Shown piece by piece: positions 26,901-39,472 of a stretch of 64,000 bases of DNA; position 1 is the first letter of the stretch; each line of letters starts with the position of its first letter. The translations under genes were made by a program, and so were the position numbers. Origin of the DNA: Anolis carolinensis (taxonomy: Eukaryota). A model generated the notes under the pieces. That model searched no databases and was not told the origin of the DNA. It saw only the letters and a list, made by a program, of their open reading frames with translations. The stretch spans positions 196,308,107 to 196,372,106 of the forward strand of contig NC_085844.1 in NCBI RefSeq assembly GCF_035594765.1, given 5' to 3'.

Positions 26901-29900
26901 TGTGAAACCATTTCTTCTAGTATATGGATGTTGTTGTCTGGGATAAGGAGGTTTCCTCACTTTTATCCACATCCTCTCCAATTATGCAATAGCAGCTGAA
27001 AGGGTGCTAGATATGTGAGTGTGCCTAGGCAATTTCTGATTGTTTTTGCACACTGAAGAGGGAGGAAAAGTGTTTGCCTCCAGTATAAGGCTGCTCTTTC
27101 TTTCCCATGTGCAGCAAGGCAGCTGGAATATGCCTGATGCACCACTGCATGCAGTCAGTGTTTGGAGATGAAGATGCATATTTTCAGATCTCTGGCTGAT
27201 ATTATGCACTCAGGTTGAGAACACTGCATATGCCAGCACAGAATCAGTGCCCATAGCACTATTAATATTTATCTATGCTTTAAAGCCAGTGGGGAATAGT
27301 ATTTATGCCTATAAGCTCTGCTTCAGTGTCCCTGGGCTCAAGCACATGTTACAAAGCACACTGTAACTGGCAATACATTTTCTAGCTACATGGAAATGCT
27401 CTCTTTAGTGTTTCATCAAGGAGAAATTGACATTAACCAGGTTGGTTTTACATTGTTGCTCATGTACTGTACAACTGAACGCCATTATGGTGCACATTGT
27501 GTGGTCTTATAGTACATTAGCTCACAGTGTAATGAGATCTTCATCTGTACAGATAACAAAAGGCAGATGTTACTTTTAAAATCTGAAATTTGAAATCACT
27601 CTACTTACTGGCCAAGCTCTGGTATTTCGTAACCTGACTCAATATTGGAAAGTCCAGCAGCAACAGCAGCAGTGACCATCAGCCTGGGTCTGTTTGTTTT
27701 CTGGGCCTCCTGCTCAAAGGCTGCCAGCATTTCCTACAAGATAATAAAACTGAACTAAAAACCCTTATTAAGGTAGACATTCAGAATAAGCTGATTTCAC
27801 AGGACCAGTAACCTTTATTGATGATCTCCCTATCAGTTGTTGGCAAAAGAAAAGTGTCGTCATACTCGGGATATTCCTGCTTGTTTGAGAAATGTTGACA
27901 AGTTTGACATAGACTGTACTGATTAGGTAAGAAATGTTTACTTATGTGCTGTATTCATTGCTCCAATGTTATGATAATACATAACAACTAATGCAGTTGG
28001 GCTTCTTTCCTTCCTTTCTTCTCCTTTGTGGGCCTCCATGTCATCTCCTCCAGAGAGCTGCCCAACCCTCCAGAGCAAAGTTTTTGGTGCATGAGGCACT
28101 CCAAACAAAGGGTAGGGTTATCCCCTCTTTAATCCCACTGGTGGAAGTAGTTTTCTTACTAGCATCACTCAATGCAATCATTGCTTTTGTTTTTCTCTTC
28201 TTTCAGAAAACAAGGAAGCAGAAATCTCATCTAAACCAGAAGTTTCAATATAATGTCATTTATTCATTGAAAACTTGAAAAAAACAAAACAAAAGCTGGA
28301 GTGCATCTAATTCAAATCTCAGAGGGAGGGGAAGAAGAAATATCTAAAGATACTGAAGAATCAGAGTTTATGATTAAAAGCCCAAATGTGATTCTGTTTA
28401 TGGGTATTTTAAGACCTTGATCAAGGGGCTGTACAAAGAATATACATACAAATATAAATGTATATATTTCCTCCTCCACCTCCATGATCTGAGCGAGCAG
28501 CTCTCTTAACTCTGCTAACTCCTGTGCCCAGGAGACCAGCTCCTGAACTGGATACACAGATGGGCCTATGGAGGGGCACATGGCATGGGAAGGAGCAACC
28601 TTGGGTGGTGGGTCAAAGAATGACATCAGGTAGATATTTGTGGGAGTGCTGGTTATGGCTGGCAAAGCAATTGTGGTCCATGATTTTTCAAATAGTGCTT
28701 AAACACATTCTGTGTAGCCCTGTAGCCCTGGCCCTGAGTGGAAAGAAGAAATATACAAACAGTGACTTTACCTTAACCAGGACAGTAAAGAGGGACTTAT
28801 CCTGAGGAGTGCTGCCTCTAGAGCCAGGATACTCCCAGTCAAAGTCCAGTCCATCAAAATCATATTGGCGCAAGAATGTGATGACAGAATTGATGAAGGT
28901 CTGGCGGTTTGCAGGAGTGGAAACCATAGCAGTGAATCTGAAAGGTGGTTGTAAGGGGTATGTTTTAGAGAGTTGCCTACTTCTTGCATGCATTCTTGCT
29001 AGTAATGGTGGGATGCTTCAAACTTACGGTGCTGTTCCAAAGTTCCAGCCTCCAATTGCCAGGAGAGTCTTCAGTTCTCCGTTCCTGCAATAGGAAAGAT
29101 TACAGATATGAATTCTAGACTCTCTGACACAACAAATCACAAATCAGTGACACCTGGCTGTCCCCATATTAGGTCTGTTTTTTAATTGTGAGTCATGTCC
29201 CAATACCAATTTATTCAGTATTCAAGAATAAATCACTTTTCATTCTTGGTTTTCGGGGCCAATAGATAACCCCATTTTGGATAACTAGTGTCTTAAGTTT
29301 CATGGATATTTGAAAGGATCTTACTCCTCTGGTCAAAACAGCATTGAATTTGGATATGTTTCATTTGTGATTTTTTTTAAATGACACATTTTCTAGACCA
29401 CCTCACATGTGATTTCACCTCACATGTGTATTGTAAAGACTAGCTGGTACACTAACAAGATAACCTATTATTTTATCATCCTCCTACTGTTAAGTGGATA
29501 GGCCAAAGTGGATAATTTTGGCTTGTGATGCATTATATCTAGACAGTAAGGTAGGCATCTAGCAGAAAAGGTAATAGAGAAAAAACAGAGAGGTGCTATA
29601 TATTCCTTCAGAAAATGTCTTGAACTAAAGCTGGCAAATGTCCTGTCTGAGCATTGTTTTGTTTGAATGTTTGTTTTGACTTAATAGCATGTTTTGTTTT
29701 GTTTTTAAAAAAGAGAGAGGGGAAAGGAGAATCAGTTATTCATGGGTACTTACTGGTTTTTCAAGCCATTGAAAGATTTGTAGAGGGTGACATCATTCCA
29801 TTCAATGGTTGCAATCTCATTGTTGGTCATCCCAGCAAAGGCATAGATCAGGTGAGTACACAGGCAAGGGTCAATGTTGTCAGGCTTGTAGCGCCCAAGG

Positions 29901-32900
29901 CCTGGTCTGTATTGGCCCCAGTTGGTGAAGTAGCATGATAGCACATAGGCAGAACCTATTTTATAAAAAGAAAAGAGAAGGGAGACCTGACAATGAATCT
30001 TGAAACAGAACAGGGTCAATACAGAGGGTAGGAAGAAGATAGCTTGGCATGTATTTTATTTACTGTAGCTATTTTAAAAGTTTTAGTGCATTTAGTCGGC
30101 ACTCCATGTTTGGAGGATTGACTTTTATGGATGTAATTTCCAGTAATCACCGATTTTAATTAAAATTTCTCTCTAGGAATGTTTTATAACAATTATACAT
30201 TGATTAATAAATGGCACATTAAAAGTCTACCATTTTCATTTAGACCTGGTTGACTTTGGATTAGTCCCTCAGTCTTAGAGGAAGACAAATGCAAATCTCC
30301 TCTGAAAAATCTTGCAGAGCTGATTTTAATAGTTTCTTCCATATTGTTAGGAATGAATTGAAGGCACACAGCAACAATAAAAGTTATTAAAGTCCTGCTT
30401 GAATAATCTTTATTTAAGCAGGACTTTAATAACTTTTGTTGTTGCTGTTTTACCTTAGGCAGCAAAGTATGTTGGACCAATTTTGCTTATTAGGTTTGGT
30501 AAACAATAGCAATGGACTATGGTTGCGATTTCTATAAACATAATTCTTTCTGTTTTGAACAAGCTTGTATTACAATACTGAAAGAATGAGCCCATTTCAT
30601 TTATAAATATGTGAATTAATTATCTCAGTATATTTGCATCACATTAACAATTTTGTTGGCCTGCTGTTACAACCTCCTGTTAAAAATAAATTTAAAGGTT
30701 GTCTTTTATCAAAGATATAAACTCATTCTGAATTGCAGAAAGATGCAATGTAACTATATTGATGGCTATTGGCTATTATAGTAATAATTATCCAGTCCAC
30801 TGAAAATCACTCGTAGCTTTCTAAGCCCAATATTATATACTCTACCCTGTAGTTTTACAAGGACTTTAAACTTTTCTGCCAAAGAATGCTGGTGTTTCAC
30901 CAAAATACAAATCCCATGACCACATAGCATTAAGTTCTGGCAGTTAAAATGGTATTAAACTAAATTAATTCTACAGTGTAGGTGCACCCAAAGTCCTAAG
31001 ATGGTATTGTTTCCATTGCTACTTAAAGTTTTAATACTAGGTATTAAGTTAGATGGAGACCTTCTGTATACAAAATATCTGCTGTATCCCTGAATTATGA
31101 TGCCATGCTCTTCTTACAGAGAAAAGGCAGTAACACCTAGAATATTTAATTGGTATTTTTTCCCCATAAAGCATGGTCCAGAGATACATATATTCCCAGA
31201 ACCGGACTTCATACCTATTTGTGCATTCAGCAGGAGTACCAGACCTGTCAAGAGAAAGGATATCGTTAGTAAATTGGATTAACAATGTTACTCTCTGTTG
31301 ACAGCATGATGTAGGTCTAAATTCAATAGTTAGTCCCAACTAAAGTCTGTTCATTTCCTTAATGACTTTAAAAAATTCAACAATTGATTCATTTGTGTCT
31401 GCTCTTGTGAGAAGCCAGTCACCTGCACGTAATCTGTAATTTATATGCATGCATTTTAATTTATATGCATGCATGCACAAACCTGTATCTCGTAGTTAGT
31501 TTTGACTTGAGTAGACCTATTCAGTCAATTGGATTATATGTTTCACAACAATTGATCCAACTCTAGTTGTGAACTAGTCAACAGGACATCAACTATAATG
31601 TACATGTCAAGATAGAATGAGTATAAATATTATGTATTTATTTATTTATTTATTTATGAACTTTATTTCTACCCTGCCTTTTTCCCTGTGGGGAGCTAAG
31701 GCAGCTTACGATAACATGATACAATCCAATAAATTAAAAAATGTGGCAAATACAAGTTATTTTTTTAAAAAAAACAATTAAATGTTTGTGTCATGTATTC
31801 AAAATATAGTTAAGATTCAATAAAAAATACTTGTGCAATTAAAATTACATTTAGCTAAATATCCTCTCCAACTCCCACCCACTATCTCCCCGCCCTCTTT
31901 TTGCAAGGGGACTCAAGGCGGCATGCCCTTCATCCTTCCCAAAATGCCTGATGGCAAAGAAATGTCTTCATTTGTTTGCAAAGGGCAAGCAGGGATGGGC
32001 CATCTGATCTCTGGGAGGGAGTTTCAAAGTTCTGGAGCAGCCACTGAAAAGGCCTCTCCCTTGTTCCTACAAAAAGGCATTTGAGCGGGTGGTGGGACAG
32101 AGAGATGGACCTCCCCAGAGAATTGAAGATTTCTAACAGATTCATAGAGGGAGATAGGGTCCTTCAAGTAACTTGGACCCAAGCCACATAAAGAAGTGCA
32201 CCTAAAATTGGCCCACTGAATGATCCACTAAAATTGGCCCACTGAATGATTTATGTCTGATATTAGCTGAAATGAAATATGATGTTCCTAATAGTAAGGT
32301 AGATCTCTTTTCCCCTGTGGTTTTCCATGGTACTGACAATATGTTGACCTCTGCCTGTTCCAATGGCAAAAGTGTGCCATGGTGAACTTCCTATAATTTT
32401 GGATCAATGCATATGAACAGCCTGAATAGCTTTTTTTTAAAAAAAGGGAAGTAGTTACCTGGATTTTATTTAATCTAAATGCAATGGACCTTATTAATAG
32501 AAATGCATTGTGGGGAGGAGCTAGAGAGAGGAGTTGTTCAGTACAAGGAGATACAAATCTACAGGTTCATCCAAATAGCAGAAGTAATCTGTTCTTCAAA
32601 AGAACCCAAAGATCAAACAGTTTCTTATCACAAGGCTGCAAATTATACAGTAAGCAAGATCCTTTCCAGAAAATAGGAATAACTGTAATTCTTTTTAGTA
32701 AAATGCCAGCAAATGAGGTTGACCATATAGTAAACTTTTTGGGATGTTGGTGGAGTTACTCAATTGAATTAAGTAAGACTAATTATCTTTTAAATACTAA
32801 ACTATTTATGAAATAGCAGTGACTACATTGCATAATGAACCAACAGAAGAAATAAGAGTCAATTATATGAGAGTTATATTACTACTTACCCGTAAGCAAG

Positions 32901-32914
32901 ATCAACTTGGCCAT
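21825..32914 (-). CDS. CHIA: Gene B: complete acidic chitinase (CHIA-like), 496 aa: GH18 domain, Gly/Ser repeat linker, CBM14 chitin-binding domain
   Basis: Exons 32914-32890, 31244-31215, 29955-29754, 29084-29028, 28937-28772, 27733-27609, 26579-26456, 26346-26161, 25327-25208, 25108-24967, 22138-21825; total 1491 nt, in frame, [16 protein letters not shown] intact; ends FCAGK...YHCVNG...[17 protein letters not shown]. Confidence 0.95.
21982..22086 (-). repeat. Coding 21-nt tandem repeat x5 (GGSPSSS) in the gene B linker
   Basis: ccagagctgctggggct starts at 21982, 22003, 22024, 22045 and 22066. Confidence 0.95.
22532..22865 (-). mobile_element. CR1 LINE 3' fragment
   Basis: Reverse complement of the 575-848 family, with an atagaatc tail. 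Confidence 0.9.
23289..24675. mobile_element. Tc1/mariner-pogo (Tigger-like) non-autonomous element with internal AT-rich low-complexity tract
   Basis: TA|CCGTGTTTCCCCGAAAATAAGAC...GTCTTATTTTCGGGGAAACAGGG|TA; (ATT)-rich tract at 23770-24350. Confidence 0.85.
30368..30448. repeat. 81-nt near-perfect palindrome in gene B intron 2
   Basis: 39-bp arms with 2 mismatches and a 3-nt loop. Confidence 0.9.
31635..32190 (-). mobile_element. L2-type LINE 3' remnant
   Basis: (TTTA)n tail followed by ...ggggagctaaggcagcttac and gagtttcaaagttctggagcagccactgaaaaggcc; related tails at about 55690-55800, 60990-61070 and 62610-62682. Confidence 0.55.
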
Positions 32915-32953
32915 CTTTGCCTCTGTACTGATTTGACACTGTTCCTTGCTTCC

Positions 32954-32960
32954 TTTTATA
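32954..32960 (-). promoter_or_regulatory. TATA box of gene B
   Basis: TATAAAA about 40 nt upstream of the ATG, followed by GGAAGCAAGGAA, which is shared with gene C. Confidence 0.72.
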
Positions 32961-34507
32961 CCCCACATTTGCCCTTTTAACACTTTGGGGCTTTCGTAAC
33001 CAAAGGCATTTCATGGCTGTTACATTCATCTAAAATTAGCAGCACAGAATACATTCCAGTACAGGTACAGAGTTATGGAAAACGTGGACTTAAGAAAACA
33101 TAGTTATCAATACTTTTGTTTTACCAGTGCATTAAGACTCCTGGCAGAACAGATTGTGATCATAGAATATAATGCTATCATTCTTTTAATTAAATAATTA
33201 CATATGGCAATCAGAGCTTTTAGATGAAGAGTAAATAGTCTGTTATATAACCCATACGGACAAGGGGTCAGATATTTGCCCCCAGTAATCTGCCCTTTCT
33301 CAAAGACTAAAATGTACAGAAAGGAGAGAAAATAATGTCTCCTTCTAGACTTGACATGAAGGGAGTATAACTGAGCTGGAGCTATTGTTGGACTACAAAC
33401 CCCAGCAGTTCTAGCCATGATAGCTAGTGGTAAAAAATGAAGGAAACCACAACTTGTCAAAATCATAAGTAACTGGCATCTGTTCCAAATGAATAGCTAA
33501 CTTCTGTTTTGGTTCACAAAGAACAAAACATAGTAGAATTGGAAATGCATAAGTACTTAATTTGTAGTTTGATTTTTTTTTTTTACATATGGATCTGCCT
33601 TTAGTCTAAACTTAGTAAATAGCATTTAGACACGTGGGTCTCAATTATTGTTTGGCTTCAGGTTCTTCTAGCTAAAACACTTCAAATTGTAAATAAATCA
33701 TCTGGATGAGAGAGTGTATTAGTCAGTTTACAACATTGCTTTTTAAAAAATTCTACAAGTCAATTTCTAGGTTTAGTTCAGTTTCCTGTTTTTTACCTAC
33801 AAAAATCTAAATAATTTAGGATCAGGTTGCCTGAAGGATTGCCTTCTTCCATATCTAACAACAGCTTCAGGAGTGGGAACCATGCAGATTTGGACCTCTG
33901 ACTTTTGAGATGTCATTCAAGTGTCATAAAATTGGTTTGAGAAAAAAAGATTGAAAAAAATGACTCTTCTGTTTGGGGGAATCTCCAAAGTACTGTTCTG
34001 GGACCTGAAATTGATTTTTGGTTTGCCTGAAATGCCACTTGTGTATCACTCCGGCCTACCAGAGGATTGGCAGAGTGGAAACTTGCTCCCTGACTCCTGG
34101 AACTGGTCAATATGAATCTATCTGTATGCTAAACTTCAGAAGAGCTTCTCAAGGTGTCTTTGTGAAATGGCATTCAGTAGAGTGTGCCAGATGCGGAGTG
34201 ACCTTCCATGGAGACTTACCTGGCATCTACTGTGGTCCTTTGAATCCACTTTTCTGTTTGCTAAGTCCCCCCCACCCCCAGTCATTTGAAGGTTGTCTAA
34301 AGATCGTTCAAAGATTGCTTTTAAGATCCCCTGAGATCATGAATGTGAGAGTTCTTTCTGTAGTTATTTCTGTGCTGCTGTTGCTTGTTTTATTTTGTAT
34401 TTATTTGCTTAGTTTATACTATGCAGGCTATGAATTTAATCTGATATGCACATTTTCTGTTTTTAATTAAAATGTCACCAGTAATGGAGAAGATTATTTT
34501 GTCATAA

Positions 34508-34626
34508 GGTAAAGGTTTAAAGGTAAAGGTTTTCCCCTGATGTTAAGTCCAGTCATGTCTGACTCTGAGGGTTGGTGCTCATCTCCATTTTTAAGCCGAA
34601 GAGCTGCCGTTGTCCGTAGACACCTC
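34508..34626 (-). mobile_element. Sauria SINE 3' fragment
   Basis: aaaggtaaaggttttcccctgatgttaagtccagtc, matching the copy at 15420. Confidence 0.85.
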
Positions 34627-35244
34627 ATTTCAAAGGTTGTGACAAGGAGCATTAAATATATCCAGAACATTCAACATAAAAAGTACAAGAAATGGTAACT
34701 ACGTCATTACCAAGCTTGTATAAAGGGTAAAAAACATTTTAAGTTATAGATAAGTTTCTAAATTGTCAACATGGAAAACAAGTTAATTCTTGGAGTCTCT
34801 TATAGCAACTTCATATAGCTTTGTCTTCCTGGTCTTTTTTGCAGCCCAAGCAAAAAGGAACACTTTGTGTGTTGCATAATTATTGGAATAGCTCAAAAAT
34901 AAAATGAATTAGTTCTATTGGAGCGTGACTGATTCTATTTGTGAGGGTTTCAGAAATCTTTCTTTAGGGTCACTATATAGAGAACAGGTTAGAATGCAAT
35001 GCACAATGTTTTTCACCTGACATTGATTACAAACACATACCTATTTTCAAATGACACCTTATTATACCATCCATCTCAAACTGCAATAGGCATTACTTGA
35101 AATCACAGTTCAATAAAAGAAGATGGTTTGGTTTAATCAAATATCTGGTTTTAAAATGTTTAATTTTCAAAAAGGAGAGGCATGGAAGTAATTTTGAGAT
35201 CATAAGTGATTACAGATCCCTTCTTGAATCTATCCAAAATACCT

Positions 35245-35366
35245 AGGCTGGATCTACACTGCCATATATCCCTGGATCCGATCCCAGATTATCTACTTTG
35301 AACTGGATTATATGTCTCCACTGCCAGATAATCTGGGATCAGATCCTGGGATATAGGACAGTGTAG
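35245..35366. mobile_element. Short palindromic MITE (Harbinger-like)
   Basis: ctacactgccatatatccctggatc...gatcctgggatataggacagtgtag inverted arms. Confidence 0.55.
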
Positions 35367-36247
35367 TCTCTTAACTGCCTCTTATTCATACCTAAGGCAG
35401 AATTGAATTTTGGCAAATAGTAACAATGTAGGAGATTTTGTGTATGTTTCCAATGTGTTGACTGTTATTCATTGTCTTGTTAATACAGCTGTGTTTTGAT
35501 ACTGAATGCCAGCTGAGATCTCACATGGGACACGTGAAGAACAACCATTCCATGTAGGGTTGCTAAAATGAAAATTGGAGACAGATCCTGTACCTTTAAT
35601 GGTTATACAAAAGAAGGAATTTCAACAGATATTGCTTGTCACAAAACCAGGTAAAAACAAGCAAAATTGACATTTCCCCTTTTCAAGAACTAGCCTGCTG
35701 CAGTTTTCATTCTGGTATTCCTATCTCTATTGATTTAGCTCTGTGCTTATTTCTACCTTCTCCTTATAGCAGCCATGAAGTACAAAGGAGGAGAAGGGAG
35801 GTGATTGAGCAGCAGGCTGCAGTCTACTTGACCAGACATCAGCTGCATGGAGAAAGGAAAGTCTGTTGTGCTGACTGGGGTCGGGGCAGGTGATTGTTCC
35901 ACTCCTTTTGCCAGTGAGTGAGGATGTAACATAGCTTTGGGGTGCATTTATGATCATGGTGATAGTGCCATGATCATGAATATGTTGTTGTTGTTTTGTG
36001 TCTTTAAGTTGTTTCCCCAAGACAGAGATTTCCGGGCAAAATTTGTTTAAAGGGGCGTGCCACTGCTTTCCTCTAAGGTTGAAAGAGTGTGACTCACCAA
36101 AGCAGCAGTGAGTTTCAACCCTGCTCTTCTTGCCCAACACTCAAATCATTACACTACCCCCCCCACCCATAAATCAAGGTGATACATTCATAACCGCAGT
36201 CATGATTTTCCTCATCTAGATATGTTTTCCCACAACAAGATGTTAAT

Positions 36248-37595
36248 TACTGAGGAACAGTTCTTAACATAATTCCAGTTGGGTTCGATTTTAGACTTAA
36301 ATAGGCATGTTGATTTCAAAACTGCAATTAGTTTTCTTCTATCATGTCAAGTTTTTTTCTCTGCAGCTTATCTCAATGCAACCACTCTAGGCTGGATTAA
36401 GAGAAGCACCAGTGCTCTCCTATTGACTGAGAGCAAACCGCCCTCAAGTGGGGAGGGGTGGGGGACGATTTGGAGACAAGCAAAAGGTTCATATTTGTCT
36501 TGGCTATTCAGTTATACACCAGACAGTGTGGTTAGAGGTTGTGTGCCGCTCTATATAGTGAATCATATTCCGAAGGTTAGTCCAAGTCCTTGTCTGTATA
36601 CAAGGAGTTAACAGAATTTGTTTTTAAATTTACATACGTACTTATTTCCTTTCCTTCAGATTCTGTTTACCTCTGCTATTTCTTGTTGTAAGTGCATAAA
36701 CAACCCTGATTCATTTTGTTTTCTCTGTGGCAGTTTCACCATTCCCAGTCAAAGGACAAACATCAGCGCATTTGTCAGGCAAGCCTATTTTGCATATTTT
36801 AAAGTAAAACTTGGTGATCAAGATAAGTCTTGGGCCCCTCACAAGGTGTGCAAATGGTGTATCGAGAGTTTGCGGATGTGGACGAAGGGAACACATGATT
36901 AATTGCCATTTTGCATACCTATGCCATGAGCCCAGAGACCATTCAAGTGACTGTTAATTTTGTGTAGTGAAAATGTCAGGATATAACAAGAAAAATAAAT
37001 ATGAAATAGAATATCCTAGTCTACCATCATACACCTAGTGCCTCATTCAGCTGAAATCCCAGTGCCAGTTTACATTGAACTACCTTCTTTCGAAAAACAG
37101 GAGTATCGTGAAGAACTGACAGCAACAATGAAGGTGTTGAAATTGAAGATGACTCAGTTCGTAAGGGATTTGATCAGTGTGAGTGGAATGAATTGCACGA
37201 GATATGGGATGATCCTAAAGGGCTTCAGAACTACTAGCATCAAGACTGCATGAGAAAAACTTGCTTGAAAGAAGAGCATTTCAGGAAAAACTATAAGCAT
37301 AATTTTTACCTTAATGTTTGGTAGCAGAACTTAACTACTTGTACACAGTTTGGCTTATAGTAACAATATATAGTTTTGGTATGAATAAAATAACTCTAAA
37401 TATATGATATATTCAGGCAATTTTTCTTTATTTTCCTTTATATGTACATTTTATATAAATTTTGGTACAAAGGGAGGGTATACTGTACCTTAGAAAATGG
37501 TCATGATAGAAAAAACTGGGGTCATTTTTGGATTCAAAAGTTAGTAAAAAAAACAAGTGTCAGATCTAACTCAATGAAAATTGTGTTTCTCACTT
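36248..37595 (+). mobile_element. Chapaev3 (CMC) DNA transposon, internally deleted transposase pseudogene
   Basis: CINNPDSFCFLCG...YFAYFKVKLGDQDKSWAPHKVCKWC..LRMWTKG then frameshifted IPM..EP.DH..DC.FC; degenerate TIRs tactgaggaaca/tgtttctcactt. Confidence 0.8.
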
Positions 37596-38029
37596 AGTTC
37601 TACCTAAGCTTGTAGCAAATCTACTTCCCATGTTGAGAACGGATTTTGTGGAAACTAATGTCTTTGAATTATAGATATAATTTTGATATATATCAATCAC
37701 CTCCCACAAACATCTTCCATATTTATGCTGTTCTCGTATATTTCTAATTTGTTTTGATCATGCTTTTTAAAAAATCTGAGCTGTTCTTATTGCTTGATAA
37801 TAATGGATTATGTTTGGAAGTCTGCGTTTAGCCTACCATTTGATGTTTTCTGGTAAAAGCTGTTTTCAGTTATTCTATGAGGCTTATTACCTGATATACA
37901 TTTCATAATTTTCAATCTGACAAATTTTGTTCTGATTTTTCAGAATTGCATGGGGGAATGTCATGAACAGAAACATTCCTCCTTGTAGGATCATCATGTG
38001 CCAAACAGGTAGTAGTTGTGCAAGTCAGC

Positions 38030-38275
38030 CTAGAATAATAGAATAATAGAATTGGAAGAGACCTCATGGGCGATCCAGTCCAACCCCCTGCCAAGAAGCA
38101 GGAAATCACATTCAAAGCACCCCCCCCCCCCAACAGATGGCCATCCAGCCTCTGTTTAAAAGCCTCCAAAGAAGGAGCCTCCACCACAATCTGGGGGAGA
38201 GAGTTCTACTGCCAAACAGCTCTTGCAGTGAGGAAGTTCTTCCTAATGTTCAGGTGAAATCTCCTTTCCTGTAGT
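38030..38275 (-). mobile_element. CR1 LINE 3' fragment
   Basis: Same family as 22532-22865. Confidence 0.88.
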
Positions 38276-38664
38276 AATTTGTTCGTGAGAGAGACGCTGA
38301 CAGAGGATTCCTCAAGACAACAGCAGTGGCACCATAACTGACACTTGTTAGTAATTTGCTTTCCAGTATTAATCCTAATTAACAAGGAGCATGAAGACCT
38401 CTAGGCTGAAACTTTGGACATTGTCAGGGAGGAATGCAAAAAGGAATCATTTGCAGTCAAAAAGAAAGAGAAGCCTCTATGGATTCTTCCTCACTGAAGA
38501 AAGAAGCTGGATTAAGAATCTTATTACATGAGGCAGAAGGTTGCAATTACAGTTGGATAATGGAGGAACTTATCACATGCCATTGTTCTTGTTATGTTTT
38601 TATCCAAGTGGGAGACTGTTGGAAAGCATTTATTTTTCAAAAGCATGTAAATAGTGGATTTGTG

Positions 38665-39472
38665 TTGTCAAAGGCTTTCATGGCTGGAATCATTGGGTTG
38701 TTGTGCAATGGCTGTATGGCCATGTTCCAGAAGCATTCTCTCCTGACGTTTCACCCACATCTGTGACAGGCATCCTCAGAGGTTGTGAGGTATATTGGAA
38801 AAACTAAGCAAGGAAAGTTTATATATCTGTGGAAGATCCAAGGTGGGAGAAAGAACTCTTGTCTGTTGGAGGCCAGTGTGAATGTTGTAATTAATCACAT
38901 TGATTAGCATTAATGGTCTTGCCAGCTTCATGTCCTGGCTTCTTCTTGTCTGGGGGAATCCTTTGTGAGTTGAGTTGGGTCTTAATGGTACTGGTATATG
39001 ATCTTCAGCCTAGATTTTAAATTTTGTCAAGGATTCAATTTTATAATGGTTTTTATTAATGTTGAAGTTTTTAGCCTAGATTTTAAATTCTGTCAATGAT
39101 TCAATTTTATAAGGGTTTTTATTAATATTGAAGTTTTTAGCATAGATTTAAATTTTGTCAATGATTTAGTTTTATAGGAGTTATATTAATTGTGAAGTAT
39201 ATAACCTCTCGGATTTTATATGGATGTACGGGACTGGGTGCCCTTGATATGAGCTGGTCATTGACCGTAATAAAAGTTTACACTTACACACATTGATTAG
39301 CATTAATGGCCTTGCTAGCTTCATGGCTGGCTTCTTCCTGCCTAGGAAAATCCTTTGTTCGGAGGTGTTAGCTGCCCCTGATGGATTCATGTCTGCAGTT
39401 CTTCTGTTTTCAGAGTGTTGTTCTTTATTTACTGTCCTGATTTTAGAGTTTTTAACACTGGTAGCCAGATTT
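38665..39472 (-). mobile_element. Penelope-like element interrupted by a LINE tail containing a 65-bp tandem repeat
   Basis: Closely similar to 20710-21130; insertion at about 38967-39287, flanked by a roughly 70-bp duplicated Penelope segment. Confidence 0.82.
38741..38785 (-). ncRNA. Minimal hammerhead ribozyme motif within Penelope
   Basis: Minus strand reads caacct-CTGAGGA-tgcctgtcacagatgtgggt-GAAAC-GTC-agga: core boxes, stem II and NUH site present. Confidence 0.6.

Noticed and set aside
34213-34226. ACTTACCTGGCA resembling the U1 snRNA 5' end
   Set aside because: The match stops after about 12 nt; no U1 body follows.
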